Position numbers and translations under genes: made by a program. 64,000 nucleotides of DNA from Mycobacteriales bacterium (lineage in GTDB: Bacteria; Actinomycetota; Actinomycetes; Mycobacteriales; QHCA01). The stretch is from positions 6,570 to 70,569 of the forward strand of contig JBBPZR010000045.1 in the NCBI GenBank assembly GCA_038276285.1, read 5' to 3'. The first letter of the stretch is position 1, and each line of letters opens with the position of its first letter. Under the pieces are notes generated by a model that saw only the letters and a list, made by a program, of their open reading frames with translations, did no database searches and was not told the DNA's origin. This document shows, piece after piece, positions 48,692 through 59,244 of the stretch.

Positions 48692-49891
48692 GTGACCCTC
48701 GCCCCGCGAGAAGTCACCCTGGTCCTGTGTACTCCGGATGGGCGCGTGCTCGGTGCTCTAGCGCCATTTGCCGTCGACTCGCCGTGGTGGCCGGACGTCG
48801 GCGACGTCGCGGCGGGCGCGCGGACCACGTACGGGATCGACGTCGTCGTCCTGCGACTGCTGCGGACCGGAACGACGACGCCGGCCGGTGGCGGGCCGGT
48901 GACCTACCTCGCCCAGGTCAGCCGGCCGCCGCGGATCCCGATCCGGCCCTGGCGTGGAGACCCCACCGCCGACCAGCCGCAGCGCGCGCCGTGGGCAAGA
49001 CCCGGCGGCCCGGACGACCTGCTGGCCTGGGCCGACGAGACGCTGGCCGGTCTCGGCCTGCCGCGCTGTGGGCCACCCGAGCAGGTGCGGGCCTGGAATC
49101 TGTCCACGCTCTGGCGGCTGCCCACCGCCGGCGGCCGGGTCTGGCTCAAGTGCGTGCCGGAGTTCTTCGCCCACGAGGCTGCGCTGATCTCCGTGCTGGA
49201 CACCGCCGTCGTCCCGCCCCTGATTGCTTGGTCGGGGAGCCGGATGCTGCTGGCCCATGTCCCCGGTGACGATCAGTACGGCGCGCCACTGGGGCGGTTG
49301 CTGCCCATGGTGGGTCTGCTCGTCGGACTCCAGGTGGCCTGGACCGCACGGCTCGAGGAGTTGTTGGCGATCGGCCTGCCGGACTGGCGCGCCGAACCGC
49401 TGACCGCACTGGCCGCCGACGTCGTCGGGCGCACCGCTGTGCAGCTCGACGGGGCGACGCTCGCGACCTTGCAAGCCCTGCTGGAGCGGCTGCCGGAGCG
49501 CTGGGCGGATATCGACTCCTGTGGCATCCCCGCCACGGTTGTCCACGGCGACTTCCATCCGGGCAACGTGCGCGGGGACGACCACCGCCTCGTGCTCCTC
49601 GACTGGGGCGACAGCGGCGTCGGGCATCCTCTGCTGGATCAGGCGGCCTTCACCGAGCGACTAACCGTCGTTGACCGGGTCGCCGTGCGGTCCGAGTGGC
49701 GGCGGCTGTGGGAGGCGGCCGTGCCGGGCTGCGACCCCGACCGGGCCGCTGACCTGCTGGCGCCGCTGGCAGCCCTACGTCAGGCGGTCATCTACCGCCG
49801 GTTCCTGGATCGCATCGAGGAATCCGAGCACGTCTTTCACCGCGACGACCCGGCGCTGTGGCTGCGGCGCGCGGCCGAGCTCGGCTGCTGA
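48692..49891 (+). CDS. Aminoglycoside/choline-kinase-like phosphotransferase family protein
   Basis: VVHGDFHPGNV...LLDWGDSGVGHPLLD catalytic and Mg-binding motifs. Confidence 0.7.
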   Translation: MTLAPREVTLVLCTPDGRVLGALAPFAVDSPWWPDVGDVAAGARTTYGIDVVVLRLLRTGTTTPAGGGPVTYLAQVSRPPRIPIRPWRGDPTADQPQRAPWARPGGPDDLLAWADETLAGLGLPRCGPPEQVRAWNLSTLWRLPTAGGRVWLKCVPEFFAHEAALISVLDTAVVPPLIAWSGSRMLLAHVPGDDQYGAPLGRLLPMVGLLVGLQVAWTARLEELLAIGLPDWRAEPLTALAADVVGRTAVQLDGATLATLQALLERLPERWADIDSCGIPATVVHGDFHPGNVRGDDHRLVLLDWGDSGVGHPLLDQAAFTERLTVVDRVAVRSEWRRLWEAAVPGCDPDRAADLLAPLAALRQAVIYRRFLDRIEESEHVFHRDDPALWLRRAAELGC

Positions 49892-49898
49892 CGAGAGT

Positions 49899-50576
49899 TC
49901 AGCGCCGACGCAGCAGGGTCAGGCCGTCGGCGATCGGCAGCATGACGATGTCCACGCGGTCGTCGGTGGCCAGCCGCTTGTTGAGCTCGCGGATCGCCCG
50001 TACGTTGGCGTCGTCGGCCCGGTCGTCGATCACCTGCCCGTCGATCACCCGGCCGCCCTGGAAGACGTTGTCCCAGAGCATCACCCCGCCGGGTCGCACC
50101 AGCCGGATCAGCCGGTCGTAGTAGGCCGGGTAGCCGGTCTTGTCCGCGTCGACGAAGGCGAAATCGAAGCTGTCCCGCGCGCCATCGACCAGCAGCGCGT
50201 CGAGGGTCTCCAGTGCCGGGCCGAGCCGGAGCTCGACGCGGTCCGCCACGCCGGCCTCGGCCCAGAAGTGACGAGCGACGCTGGTCCACTCCTCGCTCAC
50301 GTCGCAGCACAGGATCCGCCCGTCGGGAGGCAGCGCCAGGGCAACGGCGAGCGAGCTGTAGCCGGTGAAGGTGCCCAGCTCCAGGCAGCGCCGGGCGCCG
50401 GTGAGCTGCGCCAGCATCGCCATGAACGCGCCCTGCTCCGGAGCGATCTGCATGTTGTGCTCCGGCAACGACGCGGTGCGCTCCCGGAGGCGGCGCAGGA
50501 CGTCCGGCTCGCGTACGCCCACGCGCAGGAGATAGGCGTGCATCTCCTCGGTCAGGCCGAACGACTTGGCGGACAT
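49899..50576 (-). CDS. Class I SAM-dependent O-methyltransferase (caffeoyl-CoA OMT-like)
   Basis: CLELGTFTGYSSL motif I and FDFAFVDADK. Confidence 0.8.
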   Translation of the reverse strand: MSAKSFGLTEEMHAYLLRVGVREPDVLRRLRERTASLPEHNMQIAPEQGAFMAMLAQLTGARRCLELGTFTGYSSLAVALALPPDGRILCCDVSEEWTSVARHFWAEAGVADRVELRLGPALETLDALLVDGARDSFDFAFVDADKTGYPAYYDRLIRLVRPGGVMLWDNVFQGGRVIDGQVIDDRADDANVRAIRELNKRLATDDRVDIVMLPIADGLTLLRRR

Positions 50577-50651
50577 CGGCAACCCCCTTATGCCGGCCAC
50601 CCTATGCGGTGGCTCCGGACCGCCGTGCCGGGATTCGGCTAACGTGCGCCT

Positions 50652-51779
50652 GTGCGTCTATTCGGCCGGGTTCGGGAGCTCGTGGGCTTACTGTGCTGCG
50701 CCGGTGTGGTGGCCTGCTCCGCGTCGGCTCCGGCCGCCAAGCCCTCGGCCCGCGCATCTGCCTCCCCCACGGCAACGTACTCGGCTCCCCCGTCACCGAG
50801 CCCGTCCGCACAGCCGGCGCAGGAGGTCACCCTCGTCGGGGTCGGCGACGTGATCATGGGCAACACCCCGGTCCTGCCAGCCGACGGTGGCCGATCGGTG
50901 TTCACCGATGTCCGGAGCCTGCTTCGCGGGGACGTCGTGCTGGGCAACATGGACAGCACCCTGACGGATCGGTCCGGACCGAGCAAGTGCGGCGCCACCA
51001 GCACCAACTGCTTCGCGTTCCGCGCGCCACCGTCATTTGCCGGGCCGCTGCACGATGCCGGCTTCACCGTGATCAACCTGGCGAACAACCACTCCCATGA
51101 CTACGGCGGTCCGGGGTTGCTCGACACGCGGGAGGCCCTGACGGCTCATCACGTGGCCTACGACGGGATGCCCGGTCAGGTCACCGTCCTGCGGGCGGGC
51201 GGCCTGCGGGTCGCCGTCGTCGGCTTCGCGCCGTACGGATGGGCCCAGAGCCTTATCGACATCCCCGCGGCTCAAGCCTTGGTACGCAGTGCCCGTCGGC
51301 AGGCCGACCTCGTCCTCGTCACGATGCATGCCGGCGGTGAGGGGGAGGACGAGACGCATGTTCGACCCGGCACGGAGTTCTTTCTCGGGGAGAACCGCGG
51401 GAACTCCATCGCCTTCACCCACGCCGTGATCGATGCTGGCGCGGCCGTCGTTTTCGGTTCCGGGCCGCATGTGCTGCGCGGCATGGAGTGGTACAGGGGC
51501 AGGCTGATCGCCTACAGCCTGGGCAACTTCGTCGGCTACCGCACGCTCTCCGCGTCCGGCCGCAAGGGGGTCGGCGCGGTGCTGAGCGTCCGGCTGCGGC
51601 GCGACGGCACTTTCGTGTCCGGGCGGCTCACCGGCACCCGGATGACCGGTGTCGGCCTCCCCGTGACCGATCCGCGGCAGACCGGCGTCACCTACATCGG
51701 GCAGTTGTCGCAGGAGGACTTCCCGCGCTGCGGCGCGCGCCTGACCGACCCAGGGACGCTGGCCGCTCCGACCTGCTGA
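50652..51779 (+). CDS. CapA-family (PGA_cap metallophosphatase-like) lipoprotein
   Basis: Lipobox-like GLLCCAGVVAC. VTLVGVGDVIMG...NLANNHSHDYG. Confidence 0.75.
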   Translation: MRLFGRVRELVGLLCCAGVVACSASAPAAKPSARASASPTATYSAPPSPSPSAQPAQEVTLVGVGDVIMGNTPVLPADGGRSVFTDVRSLLRGDVVLGNMDSTLTDRSGPSKCGATSTNCFAFRAPPSFAGPLHDAGFTVINLANNHSHDYGGPGLLDTREALTAHHVAYDGMPGQVTVLRAGGLRVAVVGFAPYGWAQSLIDIPAAQALVRSARRQADLVLVTMHAGGEGEDETHVRPGTEFFLGENRGNSIAFTHAVIDAGAAVVFGSGPHVLRGMEWYRGRLIAYSLGNFVGYRTLSASGRKGVGAVLSVRLRRDGTFVSGRLTGTRMTGVGLPVTDPRQTGVTYIGQLSQEDFPRCGARLTDPGTLAAPTC

Positions 51780-51825
51780 CGACGACGCGCCGGCAAAACC
51801 AGGAGCTGTGGAGGATTGTGCGAGC

Positions 51826-53673
51826 TCAGCGCGGCAGCGAACCCCCGGTCACCGGCAGGCTCAGCACACCGGGTGCGGCGGCACTCGTGGTGATCGTCAC
51901 CGGCTGCACGACGTTGGCATTGCGATAAGCCGCGTCGGTGGCCGCCAGCACCAGGGCGATCTGGTGTGCGGCCGCGAAACGATGCACGATCGCCGGCAGC
52001 ACGACGTGCACCTGCTGCGTGACGTCGGTGACCCGCACGGGTGAGATCAGCCGGTGTACCAGCGTGATGGTGCCGTCGGGTGCGATGTCGTAGACCTTGG
52101 CGAAGAACACCAGCTTCAGTCCCGGGTCGAGGCGCTGGCCGAGGGCGACGGTCGGCGCGCTGAGCGTGATGTCAAGGGTCGGGCTGCCCACCACGTCGAC
52201 ATCGCCGCTGAGGGCAGGGCTCGCGTACTTGGCGAAGCTGCCGGGCGCATCCGTGACGGGTAGCGTCTGGTCGAAGGCCGAGGTCTCGGTGTAGCTCAAC
52301 GGCGTCGGGCCGGCGAGGTTGGTCTACGAGCAGGTGCCGGTCTGCACGGCGTTGCTCGCTGCGGTCAGGGCGGCCGTGCCCGTGAGCAGGTCGCAGCTGC
52401 CCGACAGGTAGAGCTTCTTCCGCGCGCCGATGGGATACGCGGGTGCTGAGGCGTAGGCGGGCGCGGCATCGCCGGAGTAGGCCACCCAGTCGCGGAAGTA
52501 CGAGAAGTCCAGAGCGGGTGCGGATCCGGCCCCCTTGAGGTAGTAGTCGAACCACTGCGCGAAGACGCCGCCCTCGTAGCTGGCCGTCGGATTGGCGAGG
52601 TCGAGCTCACCCGGCGCGGGAGTACCGGAGCTGTGCCCCCACGACTGCCACAGCAGCTTGACGGGCACTGCGCGGGCCCGCAGCGCGGCATAGGTGGCCA
52701 CCGACTCTTGCAGGTTGAACAGGGTGTCGGCCTCTCCCTGCGCCAGCAGCGTGGGGATCTTGATCTGGTCGAGGGAACTCGTGATCGAGGCATTCCGCGC
52801 GTAGCCGGTCGTGGACGCATTCGGATAACCCTCAAGGTCGAGCTGGCTCAGGGCCGGGCAGACCGGATCGTCGAAGTTCGGGCAGCCCAGGATGCGGGTG
52901 GGATCGACCGTGGCGAACTCCGCGCCGTCGACGATGCCGAGCGAGAAGAACGCTGATGACCAGCCGATCTTGGAGATCCCAGGGGTGGTGTAGGAGACGG
53001 TGTTGCCCGGCAGCGAGGTGTTGTTCGGCGCGAGGGAGTAGGCCAGGTCGTTCCACGTGATGATCGGGATGATGGCGTCGAGACGCCGGTCGACGGCAGC
53101 GGTCGCGAACTGGATCTGCCCGCCGTACGAGCCGCCGATCATGCCCACCCGCGGGTCGTAGGCCAGCCCGCGAGCGGTGTCCAGCTTGACGAAGTCCACG
53201 GAGTACGGCTGACCGGTGTCGTCGCGGGTGCCGACGACCGACGGGTCGCCGCCGAGGAAGCGCAGGAGTTGGCTCGCAGCCGCCCCATCGTGCTCCCGGT
53301 CGTCCAGCGTGATCTTGCAGCCGCTGCCACCGAAGCCCAGGCCGGAGTACGACAGCACCGCGTAGTCGCGCCTGCCGAAGCCCTGGCCGATGTTGGCCTG
53401 GTCGGCCTTGGAGCCGCCGAACCCGTTGGTGGCGAGGATGGCCGGCACCCGGTGCCCGCTCGATGCATCCGATGGCCGGTAGAGGTCGGCGGTCACCGTG
53501 CACCTCGTCGTGCCCAGCAAGCCCTCGGGGGCGACTGTGACGGTGAAGGTGAGCGGGATCTTCTCGACGGTCAGTGCTGGCTTCAGAGACACCGTGGCCC
53601 GGGCCGGGTTGGCCAGCAGGGACGCGGCAATCGCCAGGGCGGCAACTCCGGCGATCGATATCCGACGTCTCAC
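51826..53673 (-). pseudogene. CocE/NonD (S15 X-Pro dipeptidyl-peptidase) family hydrolase interrupted by an in-frame TAG
   Basis: ORF 52324..53673 (signal peptide, GGSYGG nucleophile) and ORF 51826..52299 (PepX_C-like beta domain) are in the same frame. A single TAG at 52324-52326 separates them. Confidence 0.7.
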
Positions 53674-53828
53674 GTTGATCCTCTCAAGGGACGCGGCAAC
53701 CGGTCGAAACCCGTCGTTACCCGCGGGTAACCGTTATAACGCACGAGTCAAGCTGCGGATACGGTGCCCTAGAGTCCGTGACGTTCGCCTGCACGACAAT
53801 CCCGCAACCTCGAAGAGGACGTGAGTCT

Positions 53829-55034
53829 GTGGACTTGTTCGAGTACCAGGCCAGGGACATCTTCGCCGCGCATGGCGTAGCTGTGCTGCGCGGCGATGTG
53901 GCCGAGACGGCCGAGCAGGCCCGCGCGGCGGCAGCGCGGATCGGCGGGCGCGTGGTGGTCAAGGCCCAGGTCAAGACCGGCGGCCGGGGCAAGGCCGGCG
54001 GGGTAAAGCTCGCCGACACCGCCGACGAGGCGGCGGCCGTTGCCGGCGGCATCCTGGGGATGGACATCAAGGGCCATCCGGTGCACCGGGTGCTCGTCAC
54101 CGAGGCCAGCGACATCGCCGAGGAGTACTACCTCTCCTTCCTGCTCGATCGGGCCAACCGCACCTTCCTGGCGATGGCCTCGCGCGAGGGCGGCATGGAG
54201 ATCGAGCGGATCGCGGTGGAGAAGCCCGCGGCGCTGGCCAAGGTGCCGGTCGACGCCACCCTCGGTGTCGACCGCCGCGCGGCGAACGCCATCGCGATCG
54301 AAGCCGGCTTCCCGGCCGACATCATCGACGCGGCGAGCGACGTGATCCTGGCGCTCTGGGAGGTCTTCACCGCCGAGGACGCCACGCTCGTCGAGGTCAA
54401 CCCGCTGGTCAAGACACCCGATGGCCGGGTGGTGGCCCTCGACGGCAAGGTGACTCTCGATGACAACGCAGCCTTCCGGCACCCCGAGCACGCCGACCTG
54501 ACCGACACCTCCGCCGCCGACCCGCTGGAGGCCAAGGCCAAGGCCAAGCACCTCAACTACGTCAAGCTCGACGGCTCGGTGGGCATCATCGGCAACGGCG
54601 CCGGGCTGGTGATGTCCACGCTCGATGTCGTCGCTTATGCCGGCCAGAAACATGCGGCCGGAGAACATGGCGGGGTGACCCCGGCCAACTTCCTCGACAT
54701 CGGCGGTGGCGCCTCGGCGCAGGTGATGGCCGACGGGCTCGACATCATCCTGAGCGACCCGGCGGTGCGCTCGGTGTTCGTCAACGTTTTCGGCGGCATC
54801 ACGGCCTGCGACGAGGTGGCCAACGGCATTGTGCAGGCCCTCGCCATGCTCGCGGAGCGCGGCGACCCGATCGACAAGCCGCTGGTCGTGCGGCTCGACG
54901 GCAACAACGCCGTGCTCGGTCGGCAGATTCTGGCCGATGAGGCGCATCCGATGATCGAACAGGTGGACACGATGGACGGTGCCGCCGAGCGGGCCGCCGA
55001 ACTCGCGGCTTCGCTCCCGGAAATTGGGGCCTGA
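53829..55034 (+). CDS. sucC: Succinate--CoA ligase beta subunit
   Basis: [17 protein letters not shown]...[16 protein letters not shown]. Confidence 0.95.
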   Translation: MDLFEYQARDIFAAHGVAVLRGDVAETAEQARAAAARIGGRVVVKAQVKTGGRGKAGGVKLADTADEAAAVAGGILGMDIKGHPVHRVLVTEASDIAEEYYLSFLLDRANRTFLAMASREGGMEIERIAVEKPAALAKVPVDATLGVDRRAANAIAIEAGFPADIIDAASDVILALWEVFTAEDATLVEVNPLVKTPDGRVVALDGKVTLDDNAAFRHPEHADLTDTSAADPLEAKAKAKHLNYVKLDGSVGIIGNGAGLVMSTLDVVAYAGQKHAAGEHGGVTPANFLDIGGGASAQVMADGLDIILSDPAVRSVFVNVFGGITACDEVANGIVQALAMLAERGDPIDKPLVVRLDGNNAVLGRQILADEAHPMIEQVDTMDGAAERAAELAASLPEIGA

Positions 55035-55036
55035 CG

Positions 55037-55939
55037 ATGTCGATCTTCCTCGACGCCGGCAGTCGCGTCGTCATCCAGGGAATGACCGGCGCCGAGGGCC
55101 GCCGGCACACCAAGCGCATGCTCGAGGCCGGCACGGAGATCGTCGGCGGGGTCACCCCCGGCAAGGACGGCGAGCAGGTCACCTTCGGTCAGCGCACGGT
55201 GCCGGTCTTCGGCCAGGTCAGCCGGGCCGTCGCCGTGCTCGACGCCGACGTGTCGGTCGTCTTCGTACCTCCCAGGTTCGCCAAGGACGCCGTCATCGAG
55301 TCGATCGACGCCGGCATCGCGCTCTGCGTGGTGATCACCGAGGGCATCCCGGTGCACGACAGCACGCGGTTCTGGGCGTACGCGGAGGCAAGGGCGCGAG
55401 CCAGCGGCGGCCCGGCCACCCGGATCGTGGGCCCCAACTGCCCGGGCGTGATCAGCCCGGGCAAGTCCAACGCCGGCATCATCCCGGCCGACATCACCCA
55501 GGCCGGTCGGGTCGGGTTGGTCAGCAAGTCCGGGACGCTGACCTACCAGATGATGTACGAACTGCGCGACATCGGTTTCTCCACCTGCGTGGGCATCGGC
55601 GGTGATCCGGTGATCGGGACCACCCACATCGACTGCCTCGCCGCCTTCCAGGACGACCCGGAGACCGATGCGATCGTCATGATCGGTGAGATTGGCGGCG
55701 ACGCCGAGGAGCGCGCCGCTGAATACATCAAGGCACACGTGACCAAGCCGGTGATCGGCTACGTCGCGGGCTTCACCGCTCCCGAGGGCCGCACGATGGG
55801 GCACGCGGGCGCCATCGTGTCGGGGTCGTCGGGCACCGCGCAGGCCAAGCAGGAGGCCCTGGAGGCGGCCGGGGTACGCGTCGGCAAGACCCCCAGCGAG
55901 ACGGCCCGGCTGCTGCGGGAGGTCGTCTCCGCCGGCTGA
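55037..55939 (+). CDS. sucD: Succinate--CoA ligase alpha subunit
   Basis: [10 protein letters not shown]...GPNCPGVI...MGHAGAIV (phospho-His). Confidence 0.96.
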   Translation: MSIFLDAGSRVVIQGMTGAEGRRHTKRMLEAGTEIVGGVTPGKDGEQVTFGQRTVPVFGQVSRAVAVLDADVSVVFVPPRFAKDAVIESIDAGIALCVVITEGIPVHDSTRFWAYAEARARASGGPATRIVGPNCPGVISPGKSNAGIIPADITQAGRVGLVSKSGTLTYQMMYELRDIGFSTCVGIGGDPVIGTTHIDCLAAFQDDPETDAIVMIGEIGGDAEERAAEYIKAHVTKPVIGYVAGFTAPEGRTMGHAGAIVSGSSGTAQAKQEALEAAGVRVGKTPSETARLLREVVSAG

Positions 55940-55962
55940 CGTCCCGACCGCCTGGCCTCGGC

Positions 55963-57225
55963 GTGGCTGGCCGGGCTACTGGGGCTGCTGATGTCAGAGT
56001 GGACAGTGTGACTGATCTGCTGGCCCGTACGGGACCAACCGGCCCGTCTTCTCCGACGTCCCGAGCACCGGGTGAGCGGGCATCGATCGTCCTGGCCGCG
56101 GTGACCGCGGCGGTCTGGGCGGTGGCAGTGGGGCTGATCGCGGTCACGGTCATCGTGCTCCTGGCCTGGACCACCGATGGCCGGTCGGGCTCATCGGCGG
56201 CGGCGGCCCTGCGTACCTCGGCCGACGTCTGGCTGCTCGCGCACGGCGCCAGGCTCCGGGTGCCCGGCGCGTCGTTCTCGCTGCTCCCGCTGGGGCTGAC
56301 CGCTCTGCCGGCCTACCTGCTCGCCCGGGCTGGGGCATCGCTGGCTCGCACGGCGAGCGTCACCGCACTCCGGGAAGCGGTGCGGGTCACTGGGGCGCTC
56401 ACCCTTTCCTACGCCGTGCTCGCCGTGGTGATCACGGGCCCGGCCGCCGGGTCACAACTGCGGGCCGGACCGGTCGGCGCCTTCGCCGGCGCGGCCCTGT
56501 TGGCCGCCGGATGCGGTGGTGCGGGCGTGCTGCGCGGGTCGGGGCTGTGGCCGGACGCTTGGCACCTGCTGCCCGAACCCGCCCGTGCCGGCATCCAGGG
56601 TGCTGCCGTCGCCGCGGGTGTGGTCCTCGCCGGAGCGGCCGCGCTGGCCGGCGCGGCACTCGCCGTGAGCGCCGGCGAAGCAGGACACGTCCTTTCCGCT
56701 CTGAGCGTCGGTGTCGCCGGGACGATCGTTCTGATGGTCATCTCTCTTGCCTACCTGCCCAACGCCGTCGTCTGGTCGGCCGCCTTCCTCATCGGCCCCG
56801 GCTTCGCGGTCGGCAGCGGGACCCACGTCGCCATCTCCGCCGTGCGCCTGCGACCGCTGCCCGCGCTACCGCTGCTTGCGGCGCTGCCCGGGGGACCGGT
56901 CAACCCGTGGCTCGCGGAGGCCTGGCTGCTGCCGGTCGCCGCGGGCCTGCTGGCCGGGGCGGTGATCGCCCGCCAGCAGGCTGGTAGGCCGCTGCGCCCG
57001 CTGCTCGGTACCGCGGCGGCCGCCGGTCCGGGCGCCGGCGTGCTGCTCGGGCTGCTGTGCCTGCTCTCGGCCGGCTCGGCCGGTGCGGGGGGACTGGCCA
57101 CGATCGGGCCCTCGGCCTGGCGGGTCGCCCTCGTGCTGACGGCCGAAGTCGGCCTGCCGGCCGTTGCTGCCGCCTGGTGGGTGGCACGGTTGACCGCTGG
57201 GCGGGCCGCGGCGCGGGCGGACTAG
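55963..57225 (+). CDS. Polytopic membrane protein, PerM/DUF6350-like
   Basis: 420 aa with many Ala/Leu-rich TM helices. Its position after sucD matches perM in mycobacteria as I recall. Confidence 0.5.
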   Translation: MAGRATGAADVRVDSVTDLLARTGPTGPSSPTSRAPGERASIVLAAVTAAVWAVAVGLIAVTVIVLLAWTTDGRSGSSAAAALRTSADVWLLAHGARLRVPGASFSLLPLGLTALPAYLLARAGASLARTASVTALREAVRVTGALTLSYAVLAVVITGPAAGSQLRAGPVGAFAGAALLAAGCGGAGVLRGSGLWPDAWHLLPEPARAGIQGAAVAAGVVLAGAAALAGAALAVSAGEAGHVLSALSVGVAGTIVLMVISLAYLPNAVVWSAAFLIGPGFAVGSGTHVAISAVRLRPLPALPLLAALPGGPVNPWLAEAWLLPVAAGLLAGAVIARQQAGRPLRPLLGTAAAAGPGAGVLLGLLCLLSAGSAGAGGLATIGPSAWRVALVLTAEVGLPAVAAAWWVARLTAGRAAARAD

Positions 57226-57806
57226 GGGGTGGGCGCTCGGACCACGATGGTGTGCAGGATCTTGTCGGCGAACGTCTGCTTCTTCACGTCCCAGAGCGGC
57301 CACAGGTACCCGACGTAGGAATATGAGTCGAGCACATGCACCAGTTGGCGCCCGATGGATAACCACGGTCCGAGGGGCTGGCCGGTGGCCTCCGCGACCA
57401 GGCGAATCCCCAGCCGTCGCTTGCCGATCGTCTGGCCGGTCCGGCCCTGGACGATCAACTGCCAGATCGAAAATGAAATCGATGCCAGGTAGCCGACCAG
57501 CAGCCCGACCAAACCGAAGCCAACCGACACCTTGACCATGAGGAACACGCTCGGGATGGCGACGAGCAGCAAGATGCCCCAGATGCAGGCCAGGTCGAGC
57601 AGGGTGGCTCCGGCGCGTTGCGTCCATTCGGCGTACGGGATAGGCGGGTAGGGCGGTGGCTGCGGATAAGGCGGCTGGGCGTACGGCGGCTGGGCGTACG
57701 GCGGCGGGGCGTACGGCGGCCGGGTTTGTGGTGGCGGGCCGTATCCCCAAGGGCCTGGCGCGCCTGCGGGGTGCTCGCGTGGCTGCGGATACTGCGGGGC
57801 GGTCAG
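57222..57806 (-). CDS. RDD-family membrane protein with Pro/Tyr-rich N-terminus; no canonical start codon
   Basis: The frame is open from 57818. PPYAPPPYAQPPYAQPPYPQPPPYPPIPYAEWTQRAGATLLDLA precedes the ORF-track start (TTG 57572). The only start-like codon upstream is CTG 57806, 4 nt after the upstream stop. Confidence 0.55.
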   Translation of the reverse strand: MTAPQYPQPREHPAGAPGPWGYGPPPQTRPPYAPPPYAQPPYAQPPYPQPPPYPPIPYAEWTQRAGATLLDLACIWGILLLVAIPSVFLMVKVSVGFGLVGLLVGYLASISFSIWQLIVQGRTGQTIGKRRLGIRLVAEATGQPLGPWLSIGRQLVHVLDSYSYVGYLWPLWDVKKQTFADKILHTIVVRAPTP

Positions 57807-57810
57807 CGGA

Positions 57811-58266
57811 TCAGACTTTCAGCGCGGTAACTGGTGCCCACGGCAGGTTTCGGGCCACGGTGAACGCCAGCCATCCGAGAAGTCCGATGACCTGAACCCG
57901 GGACGACGGCCGCCACGTCGGCAGCCGGCGAAATCCGAGCCGGGGTGAGGTCCAGGCCAGCCATGCCCAGCCGAAGACCGGCGCCATGAGCAGCGCCAGC
58001 ACGTTGTAGCGGGCGGCGGCGAGCACGTCACCGTGCAGCAGGCTGTGCAACATGCGGGTCGACCCGCAGCCCGGGCACGACAACCCGGTCGCCATCTTGA
58101 ACGGACAGGTGGGCAGCCCACTACCCGGTCGGGTGGGATCGGCTATTCCGACGATGGTGCACCAGGCCAGAGCCGCTGCGGCCACCGCGAAAGGACCTAG
58201 CCAGGGGACCTGGGAGTGCCGCCGGACGAGTCCGACGACACTCCCCGAGCCGCCGATCAGAGACAA
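57811..58266 (-). CDS. DUF2752 membrane protein
   Basis: CPFKMATGLSCPGCGSTRMLHSLLHGD signature. Confidence 0.75.
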   Translation of the reverse strand: MSLIGGSGSVVGLVRRHSQVPWLGPFAVAAAALAWCTIVGIADPTRPGSGLPTCPFKMATGLSCPGCGSTRMLHSLLHGDVLAAARYNVLALLMAPVFGWAWLAWTSPRLGFRRLPTWRPSSRVQVIGLLGWLAFTVARNLPWAPVTALKV

Positions 58267-58599
58267 CTAGCTGGTGGTGTTGACACTGGCGGTGAACACG
58301 CCCAAGAAAACGACGAGGACGATATAGAGGATTGCGATGACGACCCCCGCGCCCAGCGCGATGAACGTCCACCTCTTGGCGGAGTCAGCCGCGGCCTGTG
58401 CGCCCGCGATGTCACCCGCCGCCTGAAGGTTGTTCACCTTGGTCGCGTTGATGATCGCCGGGATGGCAAGAGGCCAGCAGCAGAACACGGTCAGAATCGA
58501 CGGCACGAGCCAGTTGTTGATGGGGGGACCCCCAGCCGCCGCGTAGCCACCACCGGGCGGAGGCGGGCCGGGGTTGTACGGATCATTTGGCGTGGTCAT
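58267..58599 (-). CDS. CD225/dispanin (interferon-induced transmembrane-like) family protein
   Basis: Pro-rich N-terminus, then NNWLVPSILTVFCCWPLAIPAIINATKVN...AKRWTFIALG. Confidence 0.75.
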   Translation of the reverse strand: MTTPNDPYNPGPPPPGGGYAAAGGPPINNWLVPSILTVFCCWPLAIPAIINATKVNNLQAAGDIAGAQAAADSAKRWTFIALGAGVVIAILYIVLVVFLGVFTASVNTTS

Positions 58600-58698
58600 G
58601 GATCTCCTTTGGTGTGCTGACCGGGCGGGTGCTCCGGTCGGGAAGTCGGGGGCGATGGCGTCCGGCGCGTGGATGCCCCGGCGCCCGAGCCATTGAGG

Positions 58699-59244
58699 TC
58701 AGCTGTTGGTGAAGTCCCGGCCGCATTGTTCGACCTTGGCCTGGTCGCCACTGGCCTTCTTGATGCAGTCGCTGTAGTCGGTCAGGCTGTGGTGGGCAGA
58801 GTTGAAGAAGAAGGCCAGCGCCACAGTCCAGCCGATCGAGGCCAGCAGGCTGACGATGCCGAGGATCAGCCCGGTCATGGCGGCCCCGCCGTTGGTGGCC
58901 TCGCCGCGCCTGGCCTTGCCACGGCCGATGATGCCGAAGACCAGCGCTGCGATCCCGAGCGGGATTCCGAAGATGATCCCGACCACTACCCAACCCAGGA
59001 AGACGGCGCTGAGCGCACCGATGATGCCGGTGACCAGAGCGGTCGTGCCGGCACCGTTCTTCGGCCCGGCGCCGGGCTGGGCGCCGGGCTGGCCGTAGGG
59101 CTGGCCGATCGGCTGCGCGCCGTACGGAGAGGAGGCGTAACCCGGATCAGGCTGCCCATAGCCACCGGCCGGGGGTGGGGGCGGAGGCGGCGTGTACCCG
59201 TCACCCGGCTGTTCCTTGCCGGGCGGTGGGGGAGGTGTGGACAT
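58699..59244 (-). CDS. DUF4190-like Pro/Gly-rich membrane protein
   Basis: Start at MSTPPPPPGKEQ (ATG 59244). Two TM helices with GIIGRGKARRGEATNGG between them. Confidence 0.6.
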   Translation of the reverse strand: MSTPPPPPGKEQPGDGYTPPPPPPPAGGYGQPDPGYASSPYGAQPIGQPYGQPGAQPGAGPKNGAGTTALVTGIIGALSAVFLGWVVVGIIFGIPLGIAALVFGIIGRGKARRGEATNGGAAMTGLILGIVSLLASIGWTVALAFFFNSAHHSLTDYSDCIKKASGDQAKVEQCGRDFTNS

